From contig DASTWQ010000073.1 of NCBI GenBank assembly GCA_035758545.1, positions 7,274 through 71,273 of the forward strand: a stretch of DNA of 64,000 nucleotides, in the 5' to 3' direction. The stretch is from Holophagaceae bacterium (GTDB lineage Bacteria > Acidobacteriota > Holophagae > Holophagales > Holophagaceae). Position numbers and translations under genes: made by a program. The notes below the pieces were generated by a model. That model was not told where the DNA came from. It saw only the letters and a list, made by a program, of their open reading frames with translations, and did no database searches. Positions 52,650-62,720 of this stretch are shown piece after piece. How positions within the stretch are numbered: the stretch's first letter is position 1; the number at the start of each line of letters is the position of its first letter.

Positions 52650-53744
52650 ATGGCCGTAGACATCCAGGTCGTGCCCGCCGCGACGACCATCCTGGTGGTC
52701 GACGACCTGCCCGTGGTGCGCCTGAGCCTCCGCCACATCCTCCAGCACGAGGGCTTCCAGGTCCGGGAGGCCGCCAACGCCGAGGAGGCCCGGGCCCTTC
52801 TGGCCGAAGGCGGGATCCAGCTGGTGCTCAGCGACATCGAGATGCCCGGCGGGGACAGCGGCCTGGACCTGGTGAAGAGCCTGGAGGACCGCATCCCCCA
52901 GGTGGCCTTCGTCATGGTCACCGCCATGGACGACACCACCCTGGCCATCGACTGCATCCAGCACGGCGCCTTCGGCTACGTGGTGAAGCCCTTCCAGCCC
53001 CGGGAGATCGTGGTCCAGGTGAACAGCGCCCTGCGCCGTCGGCTCCTGGAGATCGACTTCCAGGACCGGGAGAAGGTGCTGGCCCGCAAGGTCCGGGAGC
53101 AGACCGAGGAGATCCGCGCCAGCCGGGAGGAGGTCTCCATCCGCCTGCTGTCCGCCTGCGAGTACCGGGACTTCGAGACCGGCGCCCACGTCCGCCGCAT
53201 CGGCCTCTACGCCGCGGAGATGGGCCGCCTGCTGGGCTGGGACGACGACCAGGTGGACTGCATCCGCGCGGCGGCGCCCCTCCACGACATCGGCAAGATC
53301 GGGGTGCCCGACGCGGTGCTGCTGAAGCCCGGGGACCTCACGCCCGAGGAGTGGATCGTCATGCGCCAGCACACCACCAAGGGCGCGGCGATCCTGAAGG
53401 GCTCCAACGTGTCCTTCATCCAGATGGGGGCCCGCATCGCCGCCTGCCACCACGAGAAGTGGGACGGCACCGGTTACCCCAACGGGCTCTCCGCCCACGA
53501 GATCCCCGTGGAAGCCCGCATCACCGCCATCGTGGACGTCTACGACGCCCTGGTGCACAAGCGCCACTACAAGGACCCCTGGCCCGAGGATCTCGCCATC
53601 GAGTTCATGCGCAAGCGCTCAGGGTCCCACCTGGATCCGGACCTCTTCTCGCTCTTCGAGGCCCACCTGGCAAGGTTCCGGGCCATCCGGCTCGCCAACC
53701 CCGATGAGCGGGAGCCGGACTTCGCGGACGCCTGGAGCGGCTGA
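52650..53744 (+). CDS. response regulator with HD-GYP phosphodiesterase domain
   Basis: REC: ILVVDDLPVV...LSDIEMPGGDSG. HD-GYP: PLHDIGKIGVPD and HHEKWDGTGYPNG. Confidence 0.88.
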   Translation: MAVDIQVVPAATTILVVDDLPVVRLSLRHILQHEGFQVREAANAEEARALLAEGGIQLVLSDIEMPGGDSGLDLVKSLEDRIPQVAFVMVTAMDDTTLAIDCIQHGAFGYVVKPFQPREIVVQVNSALRRRLLEIDFQDREKVLARKVREQTEEIRASREEVSIRLLSACEYRDFETGAHVRRIGLYAAEMGRLLGWDDDQVDCIRAAAPLHDIGKIGVPDAVLLKPGDLTPEEWIVMRQHTTKGAAILKGSNVSFIQMGARIAACHHEKWDGTGYPNGLSAHEIPVEARITAIVDVYDALVHKRHYKDPWPEDLAIEFMRKRSGSHLDPDLFSLFEAHLARFRAIRLANPDEREPDFADAWSG

Positions 53745-53805
53745 GGCGCTCGCGGGGCCCAGGGCGCCGCGGGGGGATGGTAGCCTTCGGATTCCGGAGG
53801 ACGCC

Positions 53806-54891
53806 ATGGCCGCTTCGCTCGCCGACTACCGCACCCTGGGCCGTTCGGGCCTGCGGGTGAGCCCCCTCTGCCTGGGGACCATGACCTTCGGCCAGGACTG
53901 GGGCTGGGGCGCGGACGAGGCCGAGAGCGTCCGGATGCTGGACCGCTACGCGGAGCAGGGGGGCAATTTCCTGGACACCGCCAACATCTACACCAAGGGC
54001 CACTCGGAGGTGATCCTCGGCGACTACCTGAGGGAGCGGGGCGGCCGGGACCGCTGGGTGATCGCCACCAAGTTCTGCGGCAACCTGCGCTCCGGGGACC
54101 CCAACGCCGGTGGAGCCTCCCGCAAGTCCATCCTCCAGAACCTCGACGAGAGCCTGCGGCGCCTGCGCACGGACTTCGTGGACCTCTACTGGATGCACTT
54201 CAACGACCCGCACACGCCCATGGACGAGACCATGCGGGCCCTGGATGACGCGGTGCGGGCCGGGAAGGTGCGCTACCTGGGCTTCTCGGACACGCCCGCC
54301 TGGCGGGTGACGGAGGCCCAGATGCTGGCGCGGCTCAAGGACTGGACGCCGCTCATCGCCCTGCAGATCGAATACTCCCTGATCGAGCGCACGGTCGAGC
54401 ACGACCTGCTGCCCATGGCGACTGCCTTCGGTCTGGGGGTCACCCCCTGGTCGCCGCTGAAGGGCGGCCTGCTCTCGGGCAAGTACGGCCGCAACCGCCA
54501 TCCCGAGGGCGAGGGCCGGCACAAGCCCGACTCACGCTACCTGACGGAGGGCACCTATCGCATCCTGGACGCCCTGGAGGCGGTGGCGGCGGAGCAGGGC
54601 GCGGGCATGGCGGAGACGGCCCTGGCCTGGGTGATGGCGAAGCCCGGCGTGGCCTCGCCGATCCTCGGTGCCCGCACCCTGGCCCAGCTGGACGGCAACC
54701 TGAAGGCCCTCGCCCTCACCCTGACGCCCGCCCAGCTCGCGCGGCTGGACGAGGCCTCGGCGCCGGCGCCCATCTTCCCCCACGGCTTCCTGGTGAACAC
54801 CAAGAACGTCATGCAGGGGGGCACGAGGGTGAACGGCCTCGCCTCGGAGGTCTGGCCCCTGGCGCCGAAGACCGACGCCGAGCGGTGGTGA
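53806..54891 (+). CDS. aldo/keto reductase
   Basis: YRTLGRSGLRVSPLCLGTMTFG, FLDTANIY, and GFSDTPAW. RBS GGAGGA. Confidence 0.9.
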   Translation: MAASLADYRTLGRSGLRVSPLCLGTMTFGQDWGWGADEAESVRMLDRYAEQGGNFLDTANIYTKGHSEVILGDYLRERGGRDRWVIATKFCGNLRSGDPNAGGASRKSILQNLDESLRRLRTDFVDLYWMHFNDPHTPMDETMRALDDAVRAGKVRYLGFSDTPAWRVTEAQMLARLKDWTPLIALQIEYSLIERTVEHDLLPMATAFGLGVTPWSPLKGGLLSGKYGRNRHPEGEGRHKPDSRYLTEGTYRILDALEAVAAEQGAGMAETALAWVMAKPGVASPILGARTLAQLDGNLKALALTLTPAQLARLDEASAPAPIFPHGFLVNTKNVMQGGTRVNGLASEVWPLAPKTDAERW

Positions 54892-54901
54892 GGAGGGCGG
54901 A

Positions 54902-57658
54902 TCAGGCGCCCAGGACCTCCCCCACGAGTCTGCGCAGGTCCGCCAGCCGGTAAGGCTTGGGCAGGAACCAGGTGTTCGGCTGCTTGAGGAGGTCGGGGGT
55001 GCGGCTGTTGGGATCGAAGCCGCTGCTGAGGATCACCGGGAGGTCCGGCCGGCTGGCGCGGATGTGGCCGAGGGCCTCGGCACCGTCCATCCTCGGCATG
55101 GAGAGGTCCAGGATCACCAGGCGCAGGTCGTCCCCCCGCCGGGCCACTTCGCTGAGGGCCTCGCGGCCGTCCGCGGCCTCCAGCACCTCGAAGCCCATGC
55201 GGCGCAGCAGCGCCCCGGCGGTGAGGCGGATGTCGGACTCGTCGTCCACCAGGAGCACCAGGCCCTCGGCCCGCTCCAGGGCGTAGGGCCCGGTGGAGCT
55301 TCCGGCGGCCGCCAGCACCGGGCGGTCCGGCAGGGGGAAGCGGAGCGAGAAGGTAGTGCCTTCCCCGGGCTGGCTCGCCACGGCGGCCCGCCCGCCGTGG
55401 GCCTTCAGGATGCCCTGGAGCGTCGAGAGCCCCAGGCCCCGGCCGGTGGCCTTGGTGGTGAAGAAGGGATCGAAGATCCGGGCCTGGACCTCCGGGCTCA
55501 TGCCGGCGCCGGTGTCGGAGACCTCCACCACGACCGAGCCTGCGCCGGAGGCGTTCTCGGAGGCCGGGGCCGCGTCCACGAAGCTGCGGAGGACGATGGT
55601 CCCCTCCTGCTCCCCGATGGCCTCGGCGGCGTTGGTGACGAGGTTGAGCAGAACCTGCTGGAGCTGCACGGGATCGCCCTCGATCAGGGGCAGCCCCTCC
55701 GCGAGCTCGAGCTTGAGCTGGATCTTCTTCGAGACCGAAGCGGACATGAGGGCCGTCAGCTCCCGCATGGCGGCGTTCAGGTCCACGGGGCGGATCTCCA
55801 CCTGCGCCTGGCCCGCGTAGGCGAGCATCTGCCGGGCCAGGTCCCCGGCCCGGCGCAGGGTCGCGGCCATGGCCTCGAAGAAGGGCTCGGCGGCGCCGGA
55901 CTCCGGCAGGTTCATGCGGGCCAGCTCCAGGTTGCCGATGAGGGCGGTGAGCAGGTTGTTGAAGTCGTGGGCGACACCGCCGGCCATGAGCCCCAGGCTC
56001 TCCAGCTTCTGGGCCTGGCGCAGGGCCAGCTCCGTCTTCATGCGCAGGGTGACGTCCATGAACCCGGCGAGGATCGCGTCCTTGCCCGCGTGGCTCACCA
56101 GGGCGGCGGAGACGAGGACCCGGCGCAGCCGGCCCTTCTGGGTGAGGATGTCCACCTCCACGCCGTCGGCGCGGCCCTTGGTGAGGACCTCTTCCCGGAG
56201 CCGGGCCCGGTCCTCCTGGCGCACGTAGAAATCCGCGGTATGGAGCCCCGCCAGCCGGCCCTCGGGGATCTCGAAGAGGGCGTGGCTCGGCGCGTTGGCC
56301 TGCAGCAGGCTGCTGTCGGCCACGTCCACCAGCAGGAGCGGCACCGGGGCCATCTCGAAGAAGCGCTGGAACTCCAGCTCGGACCGCCTCAGCGCGTCCT
56401 CGGCGGCCCGCCGCTTGGAGAGGTCCCGGAACACGTCCAGGGTCAGGGGGCGCTTGGCGTCCAGGGCGATGGAGATGTCCGTCACCTCCACCGGGATCTG
56501 GCGGCCGTCGAGGGTGTTCAGGATCCGCTCCCTCAGCGCCGCGGTGTAGCGGTGGATGCCCGAGTTGGTCAGTTCCCCGCTGCTGGGCTCGCTGCGGTCC
56601 AGGAACTCCCGGATGGAGCGGCCCTCCAGCTCCCTCGCCGCCGCGGCGCCGAACAGCTCCAGTGCGGCGGGGTTGGCGTAGCGGATGCGGGAACCCTCCC
56701 GAAGGAGGATGGCGTCCGGGAACTGCTCCACCAGGTGGCGGTAGCGCGATTCGCTCTCCAGGAGGGAGCCCTGGGTCCGGCGCTGGTCCTCCGCCGCGCA
56801 GGCCAGCACCATGATCGAGAGGGCCTCCGTGGCCAGGAAGAGCTGGATCCAGACCAGCATCAGGTCCGGCGTGAGGGACTGCACCGGAAGGGGCCCGTGC
56901 CCGTGAGTGCCCTCCATGAGCGCGGTGTAGGAGACGGCGAGCAGGGAGAGGGCAGCGCCCCAGGGCCCGGTGCGCAGGGCCGCGCCCACGAGGAGCGGGA
57001 AGGGCAGGAACATCATCAGGCCCACCACCCCGTCCGGGGCGCCCATATGCAGCCCCCAGCGGGTGACGGCCGTGGTCGCGGCCATCCAGAGCAGGGATTC
57101 GCCGACGCGGCGGGCCAGGAGGGTCCGCTCCGTGGGCCAGGCCAGGACCAGGGGAGGCAGGAAGAGGTGGCTGAGCAGCACCGAGCACGACCACACCGCG
57201 CCGGTGAAGGGGGAGGGCAGCGGCACCGAGGCGAGGTGGGTGGCGAGGATGCCGAGGGGCCCCGCCAGCAGGCCATTCACCGTGCCGGCCAGGCCAAGGA
57301 TGAGGGCGTCCGGGATCCGGCTCAGATCCATGGGCCGCCCCTTGAGGAGTGCCGTGGCCAGCCAGGCTCCGGCCAGGACCTCCAGGGGATCCGTCAGGGC
57401 GAAGGCCAGGGAGGGCCCGAGCGTCCAGCTCTGGGCCAGGTTCACGAAGAACGCGGCGACGGTGGCGGCGGCCAGGAAGAGGGGCCACTGGCGCCGGGGG
57501 AAGCGGAGCAGCACCGCGAAGAGGAAGCCGCTGGGGAGCCAGATGGCTTCCATCAGGAAGGAGATCTTCAGGGCGGGCAGGGCGCTGAGGACGTCCAGGA
57601 ACGCGTAGACCGCCGCCACGGCGGCGACCTTCAGGGCGAGGGAGCGGGCGGGCGTCAT
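54902..57658 (-). CDS. hybrid sensor histidine kinase (MASE1-like, 2x PAS, HisKA, HATPase, REC)
   Basis: Multi-TM N-terminus, H-box VAHDFNNLLTALIGNL, NLVTNAAEAI, DTGAGM, GRGLGLS. REC: VLLVDDESD...ILDLSMPRMDG. ATG at 57658 with a GGAGGG RBS. Confidence 0.85.
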   Translation of the reverse strand: MTPARSLALKVAAVAAVYAFLDVLSALPALKISFLMEAIWLPSGFLFAVLLRFPRRQWPLFLAAATVAAFFVNLAQSWTLGPSLAFALTDPLEVLAGAWLATALLKGRPMDLSRIPDALILGLAGTVNGLLAGPLGILATHLASVPLPSPFTGAVWSCSVLLSHLFLPPLVLAWPTERTLLARRVGESLLWMAATTAVTRWGLHMGAPDGVVGLMMFLPFPLLVGAALRTGPWGAALSLLAVSYTALMEGTHGHGPLPVQSLTPDLMLVWIQLFLATEALSIMVLACAAEDQRRTQGSLLESESRYRHLVEQFPDAILLREGSRIRYANPAALELFGAAAARELEGRSIREFLDRSEPSSGELTNSGIHRYTAALRERILNTLDGRQIPVEVTDISIALDAKRPLTLDVFRDLSKRRAAEDALRRSELEFQRFFEMAPVPLLLVDVADSSLLQANAPSHALFEIPEGRLAGLHTADFYVRQEDRARLREEVLTKGRADGVEVDILTQKGRLRRVLVSAALVSHAGKDAILAGFMDVTLRMKTELALRQAQKLESLGLMAGGVAHDFNNLLTALIGNLELARMNLPESGAAEPFFEAMAATLRRAGDLARQMLAYAGQAQVEIRPVDLNAAMRELTALMSASVSKKIQLKLELAEGLPLIEGDPVQLQQVLLNLVTNAAEAIGEQEGTIVLRSFVDAAPASENASGAGSVVVEVSDTGAGMSPEVQARIFDPFFTTKATGRGLGLSTLQGILKAHGGRAAVASQPGEGTTFSLRFPLPDRPVLAAAGSSTGPYALERAEGLVLLVDDESDIRLTAGALLRRMGFEVLEAADGREALSEVARRGDDLRLVILDLSMPRMDGAEALGHIRASRPDLPVILSSGFDPNSRTPDLLKQPNTWFLPKPYRLADLRRLVGEVLGA

Positions 57659-57677
57659 GGGTTGGCGTCCCTCCACC

Positions 57678-58844
57678 TTAACGAGCCACCAGGGCCCGGG
57701 ACAGGCCCTCCAGGCCCCGGGCGAAGGTCTCCGGGGGCGGGAGCAGGCTTATCACCAGGAACCCCTCCGTCGGCAGGTCGAAGAAATGGCCCGGATGGAC
57801 CAGCACGCCCTCCTGCTCCAGCAGCCTCAGCGCGAAGGTCTCGTCGGAGTCCACGGCCGGGCGCCGGAGCAGGACCGACCAGCCGCCGCCCACCGGGAGC
57901 CGGGAGCAGGCGGGGGTCGCCTCCAGCCAGGCGTCCAGGGCCGCGAGGTTCGCCGCGCACCGCGCCAGGGCCTGGGAGCGCAGGCCCGGCGCCTGGGCCA
58001 GGATCGCCGGGGCGGCGGCCTGGGCGGAGGCGCTCACACTGAGGTACTGGTCCGCCGCGAACTCCAGGGCCTCCAGCCAGCGGGCCGCCTCAGGACCCCG
58101 GGCGGCGATCCAGCCGAGCTTCACCTGGGGCAGCAGCGCGGCCTTGCTGAGCCCCGAGAGGACGAAGACGGGGCAGGGCGGATCCCGGTCCTCGAGGGCC
58201 GTGGGCAGGTGGCCGGGCTCGGGCTCCAGGGGGAAGCCGGCGAAGACCTCGTCCACGATCAGGACCAGCCCCCGCCGGGCGCAGAGCCCCGTCAGCTCCC
58301 GCCATTCGGCCCGGGAGAGGTACTGCCCGGTGGGATTGTTCGGGGAGACGACGCAGACCGCCCGGGTGCGCGGCCCGCAGGCCGCCTCCAGGGCCACCAG
58401 GTCCAGGTGCCACCGCTCGTGGCGCCAGGCGGGCACGGAGACGGCCCGCAGGCCCTCCAGGCGCGCCAGCCATTCGAAGAGCGGATAGCTGGGGCTCGGC
58501 ACCAGCACCTCGTCGCCGGGATCCCCGAGCACCTTGAAGAGGAGCGCATAGGCCTCCGAGGTGGAGGCGGTGAGGAGCAAGTCCTCCGGCGCAAGCCCGT
58601 GGCCCTCGTGGGCCGCGATGGCCTCCCGCGCCGTCAGGGAGCCCCTCGGGTCCGGAGCGTAGGCCAGGACGCCGGCCGCGCCCAGGGCCTCCCGGATCGC
58701 GTCGCCGGGGTAGTCGAAGGCGCAGGCCGTGGGGTTGGAGGCCGTGAGGTCGAGGAGGAGCCGCCCGGCGCCCCGCAGCTCCGCCAGCCTTGCGCTGAGC
58801 GCGTTGGGGACGGAGAGGCCGGGCAGGCGCGAGGAGAGGCGCAT
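57678..58844 (-). CDS. class I/II PLP-dependent aminotransferase
   Basis: VVSPNNPTG, LIVDEVF, and LSGLSKAALLPQVKLGW (PLP lysine). Confidence 0.88.
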   Translation of the reverse strand: MRLSSRLPGLSVPNALSARLAELRGAGRLLLDLTASNPTACAFDYPGDAIREALGAAGVLAYAPDPRGSLTAREAIAAHEGHGLAPEDLLLTASTSEAYALLFKVLGDPGDEVLVPSPSYPLFEWLARLEGLRAVSVPAWRHERWHLDLVALEAACGPRTRAVCVVSPNNPTGQYLSRAEWRELTGLCARRGLVLIVDEVFAGFPLEPEPGHLPTALEDRDPPCPVFVLSGLSKAALLPQVKLGWIAARGPEAARWLEALEFAADQYLSVSASAQAAAPAILAQAPGLRSQALARCAANLAALDAWLEATPACSRLPVGGGWSVLLRRPAVDSDETFALRLLEQEGVLVHPGHFFDLPTEGFLVISLLPPPETFARGLEGLSRALVAR

Positions 58845-58853
58845 CGGACCAGC

Positions 58854-61800
58854 TTAGGGCCTGTCCGCGTCCCCGGTCCGGCCCTGCAGGACCCCCAGCA
58901 CCGCACTCCGCAGCTGCCGGAGCCGATACGGCTTCTGCAGGAAGGCCGAGGGCTGCTCCTCCCCATCGAGGCCCGCCTCCTCGGTGTAGCCCGAGGTGAG
59001 GATGACCGGCAGGTCCGGCGCTTCGGCCCGCATGGCCCGGAAGGCCTCCAGGCCCCCCATGCGGGGCATGGTCAGGTCCATGAACACCAGCGCGATCTCG
59101 CCCTTCCGCTCCCGGAAGCGGGCGAGGGCCTCCACCCCATCCCCGGCGGAGAGGACATCGGCGCACCCCAGGGTCTGGAAGAGCTCCACGGCGCTGCGGA
59201 GGATCTCGGGCTCGTCATCCACCACGAGCACACACCCGGGCAGCTGGAACTCTGACCCCGGGCCGGGCTGGGCCTCCTCGACCCGGGCGCCCACCTTCGC
59301 GGGCAGGTAGATGCGGAAGGTGGTGCCGTGGCCCGGGGCGCTCTCGATGCGGATGCCGCCCCGGTGCCCGCGGAGGATCCCCAGCATCGCCGAGAGTCCG
59401 AGCCCGCGGCCCTTGGCCTTGGTGGTGAAGAAGGGCTCGAAGATCCGGGCCAGCGTCCCTGCATCCATGCCGCAGCCCGTGTCCGCCACCTCCAGGAGGA
59501 GGTGCGGGCCGGGCTGGAGGCTCTGGGCCGGGAAGTCCCGGGCCGCGGAGGCCGCATCGATCTCCGCGAGGCCCGTGGTGATGCGGATCGCGCCATCCCC
59601 GTCGCCGATGGCGTCCGACGCGTTGGTCACGAGGTTCATGATCACCTGCTGCAGCTGGCCGGGATCCGCCTCCAGCGGGGGCAGGTCCGGCGCGAGGTCG
59701 CACCGGAGCGCGGCCCGCTTGGAGATGGAGACGGACAGGAGGTGCGTCAGCTCCCTCACCAGCTCGTTCAGGTCGATGATCTTGCTCAGGAAGCGGCCCT
59801 TCCCCGAGTAGGCGAGCATCTGCCGGGTGAGGTCCGTGGCCCGCTGGAGGCTCTTCTCCAGGGCGTCGAGGTAGGGCCAGGCCGGGGAGGAGGGATGGCT
59901 CCTCAGCTGGGCCAGGCTCAGATTCCCCATCATGGCGGTGAGCAGGTTGTTGAAGTCGTGGGCGATCCCCCCCGCCAGCACACCCAGGCTCTCCAGGCGC
60001 TGGGACTGCTGGAGCGCCTGCTCCGTGGCGAGCCGCTCGGTGATGTCCCGGGCCAGCACCACCAGGACGTCGCGGCCCTCCCGGTCCATGTGCGAGGCCG
60101 ACACCTCCACCTCCAGGAGCCCGCCGCCCGCCCGGCGGTACTGGCGGCGCCCGATGGACGCCTGCCCCTCGGCGACGATCCTGTCGACGTTCCGGCGGAT
60201 GGAATCAGGTTCCGCCTCCACCAGGGTCACCAGGTCCAGCCCCGGCAGGTCCCCCTCCCCGTAGCCGAGGGCGCGATGGAAGGCCCGGTTGGCCTGAAGG
60301 ATCCCGAGGGTCTCCGCGTCCACCAGGAAGATCATGTCCTGGGCCTGCTCCACCACGGAACGGTACAGGTTCTCGCTCTCTTTGAGGGCCTGCTCGGCGG
60401 CGTAGCGTCCGCTGATGTCCCGGAGGGTGCCGATCATGCGGACCGACTTCCCGTCGGGCATCGCCAGGAAGGCGCCGTGGTCCTCCACCGGCAGGTAGGT
60501 GCCGTCGGCCTTTCGCACGCGGTATTCGGTGAAGATGGGCTCCAGGTTCTCCAGCCCCCGTTGCAGCTTGGCCAGCTCCCGGTCGTAGTCGTCCGGATGG
60601 AGGCGCGCCCCCCAGGCCATCACGTCGATGACCAGGCCGTCCGGCAACCCCAGCAGGGCCTCCATGGGACCGGCCCAGCGCACCAGCCCCGAGGCGGTGT
60701 CGAAGTCGTAGGTCAGCTGCCCCGTCTCCTCGCTGATGAGGCGGAAGCGGGCCTCGCTGTCCCGGATGGCCTGCTCCATCTCGAGCCGCCGGGTCAGGTC
60801 GGTGAACACGGAGACCATGATCGGGCGCTCGCCCCCCTCCAGCATCTGGACGTGGGCTTCCACCTGGACCTCGGTGCCGTCCGCCCGGACGAAGGTGTAG
60901 TCCATGGGCGGGACCGGCTCCCCCGCCAGCATGCGGGCCATGCGCGCCTGGATGGCGGGCCAGTGGGAGGGATGGAGGAAGTCGAGGATCGGCTTGCCCA
61001 CGGTGGCGGCGGGGTCCGAGCGCGTGATGGCGGAGGCCGCCGGATTGGAGTAGAGAATCTTCCCGTCCTGGTAGGTGACCAGGCCCTGGGGCAGCATCTC
61101 CACCAGCCGCCGGAAGCGGGCCTCGCTCTGGCGCTGGGCCTCCAGGGCGAGGCGGTGGGAGGTGATGTCGAAGAAGCTCGCCACCGTGCCCGCGAAGCCG
61201 CCGGAGGAATCGATGCGCGGCGCGGTGCGGACGGACAGCCAGCTCAGGCGGCCGTCTCCGCGGAGGATCTCCAGGTCGATGGGTTCGCCTTCGCCGGGTC
61301 GCCGCCGCCCCAGCTGGGCGAGATGGGCCTCCCGGTGGGCCTCGGTCACGAAATCCAGGGTGCGGCGCCCCAGCAGGGCCTCCGTCTCCAGTCCGAAGAT
61401 GCGGCCGCAGGCGGTGTTCACCCAGAGCAGCCGGCCCTCCTCGTCCAGGATCGCCACGCCCTCGGCGAGGTTCTCCACCAGGCCGCTGTAGGTCTCCTGG
61501 GTCTCTCGCAGGGCCATCCAGGCCATGCGGCGCTCGAAGGATTCCTGGGCGATGACGAAGCGGCAGTCCCGGCCCTGGAAGGTCAGGTCCCGGGCGGTGA
61601 CGTCCACCAGGAACTCGGTGCCGTCCTTGGCCCGGTGGTGCCACTCCCCTACGGAGGTCCTGGACGGCGGGTAGGCCGCCAGGGTGGCGAGGAAGGCTTC
61701 GCGCTCCTCCTCCGGGCGGATGTCCGGCAGCCGCATCTGGAGGAATTCCTCCCGGCTCCACCCGTAGCGATGCACGGCGGCGCCGTTGACGGCGAGGAAG

Positions 61801-61943
61801 CGGAGCGTGGCCTTCTCGAAGATCCACGCGGGGTCCGGCAGGGCGTCGAGCACCGCGTGCAGGTCCGCCGCATCCCCGCGCGCCGCGGCCGCCTCCGGAT
61901 CGCCCGGCAGCGGGGCCATGGGAACCTCAGGTCGCCTGGGCAT
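58854..61943 (-). CDS. multi-PAS hybrid sensor histidine kinase with C-terminal REC
   Basis: At least four PAS-like modules, H-box IAHDFNNLLTAMMGNL, NLVTNASDAI, DTGCGM, GRGLGLS. REC: VLVVDDEPE...FMDLTMPRMGG. Confidence 0.88.
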   Translation of the reverse strand: MPRRPEVPMAPLPGDPEAAAARGDAADLHAVLDALPDPAWIFEKATLRFLAVNGAAVHRYGWSREEFLQMRLPDIRPEEEREAFLATLAAYPPSRTSVGEWHHRAKDGTEFLVDVTARDLTFQGRDCRFVIAQESFERRMAWMALRETQETYSGLVENLAEGVAILDEEGRLLWVNTACGRIFGLETEALLGRRTLDFVTEAHREAHLAQLGRRRPGEGEPIDLEILRGDGRLSWLSVRTAPRIDSSGGFAGTVASFFDITSHRLALEAQRQSEARFRRLVEMLPQGLVTYQDGKILYSNPAASAITRSDPAATVGKPILDFLHPSHWPAIQARMARMLAGEPVPPMDYTFVRADGTEVQVEAHVQMLEGGERPIMVSVFTDLTRRLEMEQAIRDSEARFRLISEETGQLTYDFDTASGLVRWAGPMEALLGLPDGLVIDVMAWGARLHPDDYDRELAKLQRGLENLEPIFTEYRVRKADGTYLPVEDHGAFLAMPDGKSVRMIGTLRDISGRYAAEQALKESENLYRSVVEQAQDMIFLVDAETLGILQANRAFHRALGYGEGDLPGLDLVTLVEAEPDSIRRNVDRIVAEGQASIGRRQYRRAGGGLLEVEVSASHMDREGRDVLVVLARDITERLATEQALQQSQRLESLGVLAGGIAHDFNNLLTAMMGNLSLAQLRSHPSSPAWPYLDALEKSLQRATDLTRQMLAYSGKGRFLSKIIDLNELVRELTHLLSVSISKRAALRCDLAPDLPPLEADPGQLQQVIMNLVTNASDAIGDGDGAIRITTGLAEIDAASAARDFPAQSLQPGPHLLLEVADTGCGMDAGTLARIFEPFFTTKAKGRGLGLSAMLGILRGHRGGIRIESAPGHGTTFRIYLPAKVGARVEEAQPGPGSEFQLPGCVLVVDDEPEILRSAVELFQTLGCADVLSAGDGVEALARFRERKGEIALVFMDLTMPRMGGLEAFRAMRAEAPDLPVILTSGYTEEAGLDGEEQPSAFLQKPYRLRQLRSAVLGVLQGRTGDADRP

Positions 61944-61960
61944 GGTGGATGGTTCGGATT

Positions 61961-62701
61961 CTAGGCAAATTCCTGCAGACCACCAGCCCTGTTCCGGACC
62001 ATTCTCCGGAGCGCGGGGTGGGAGAGGGCCGCGGCGGCCTCGATGGCCTCATCCGCCTCCAGCAGACGGATCCAGGGCGCCGCCTGGCCCAGCACCAGGC
62101 CCGGCTCCGGCCGCTGGAGGGTCCGGTCGAAGGCGAAGAGCACCTGCCGGGCGAGGATGATGGACTCCCGCCAGGGGCTCTGGGGCAGGGCCTCCGCCTG
62201 GTGGGGCGTGAAGGGGGCCTGGACGAGTCCCAGCAGCGCCTCCAGGCCCAGCCGCGGGTTCTGGAGCAGGGACAGCACCACGCCGGCGTCCGGGGCCCGC
62301 CAGGCATGCCGCCACAGCGGTGGCGGCGCCAGGATCGCCAGCGAGCGCCGTTCGCCCAGGGACAATCCCGGCCAGCCCTGCAGCAGCCGCTCCACCGACT
62401 GGGCCCGGGCCTGGGGATGGGCCGCGGCGTCCTGGGCGACCGCGGCGAGGGCCCGCCAGGGCAGGCGGCCCATCAGCCGCGCCCTCAGGTGGGCCGGGGC
62501 CTTCGGATGCTGGGCGACCCAGCGGAGCAGGAGGGGCCGCCGCCGCAGGTCCTCCAGGGCCGCCGCCGCCTCCAGCCAGCCCCGGGGCGGGTCCGGATGG
62601 CGCAGCAGCCGCAGGAACCGCTGCCAGGGCAGCTCCGCCGGAAGGCCCCAGGGGGCCTCGAAGCTCGGAACGGGACGCCGGATCTCCATCGCCGCCTCCA
62701 T
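61961..62701 (-). CDS. hypothetical helical-repeat protein
   Basis: The ORF shows a protein-like, non-low-complexity sequence (LLRWVAQHPKAPAHLRARL..., LSLLQNPRLGLEALLGL). The start is uncertain: 62689, 62701 or 62722. Confidence 0.4.
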   Translation of the reverse strand: MEAAMEIRRPVPSFEAPWGLPAELPWQRFLRLLRHPDPPRGWLEAAAALEDLRRRPLLLRWVAQHPKAPAHLRARLMGRLPWRALAAVAQDAAAHPQARAQSVERLLQGWPGLSLGERRSLAILAPPPLWRHAWRAPDAGVVLSLLQNPRLGLEALLGLVQAPFTPHQAEALPQSPWRESIILARQVLFAFDRTLQRPEPGLVLGQAAPWIRLLEADEAIEAAAALSHPALRRMVRNRAGGLQEFA

Positions 62702-62720
62702 CTTCGGCGACACTGGAGGC

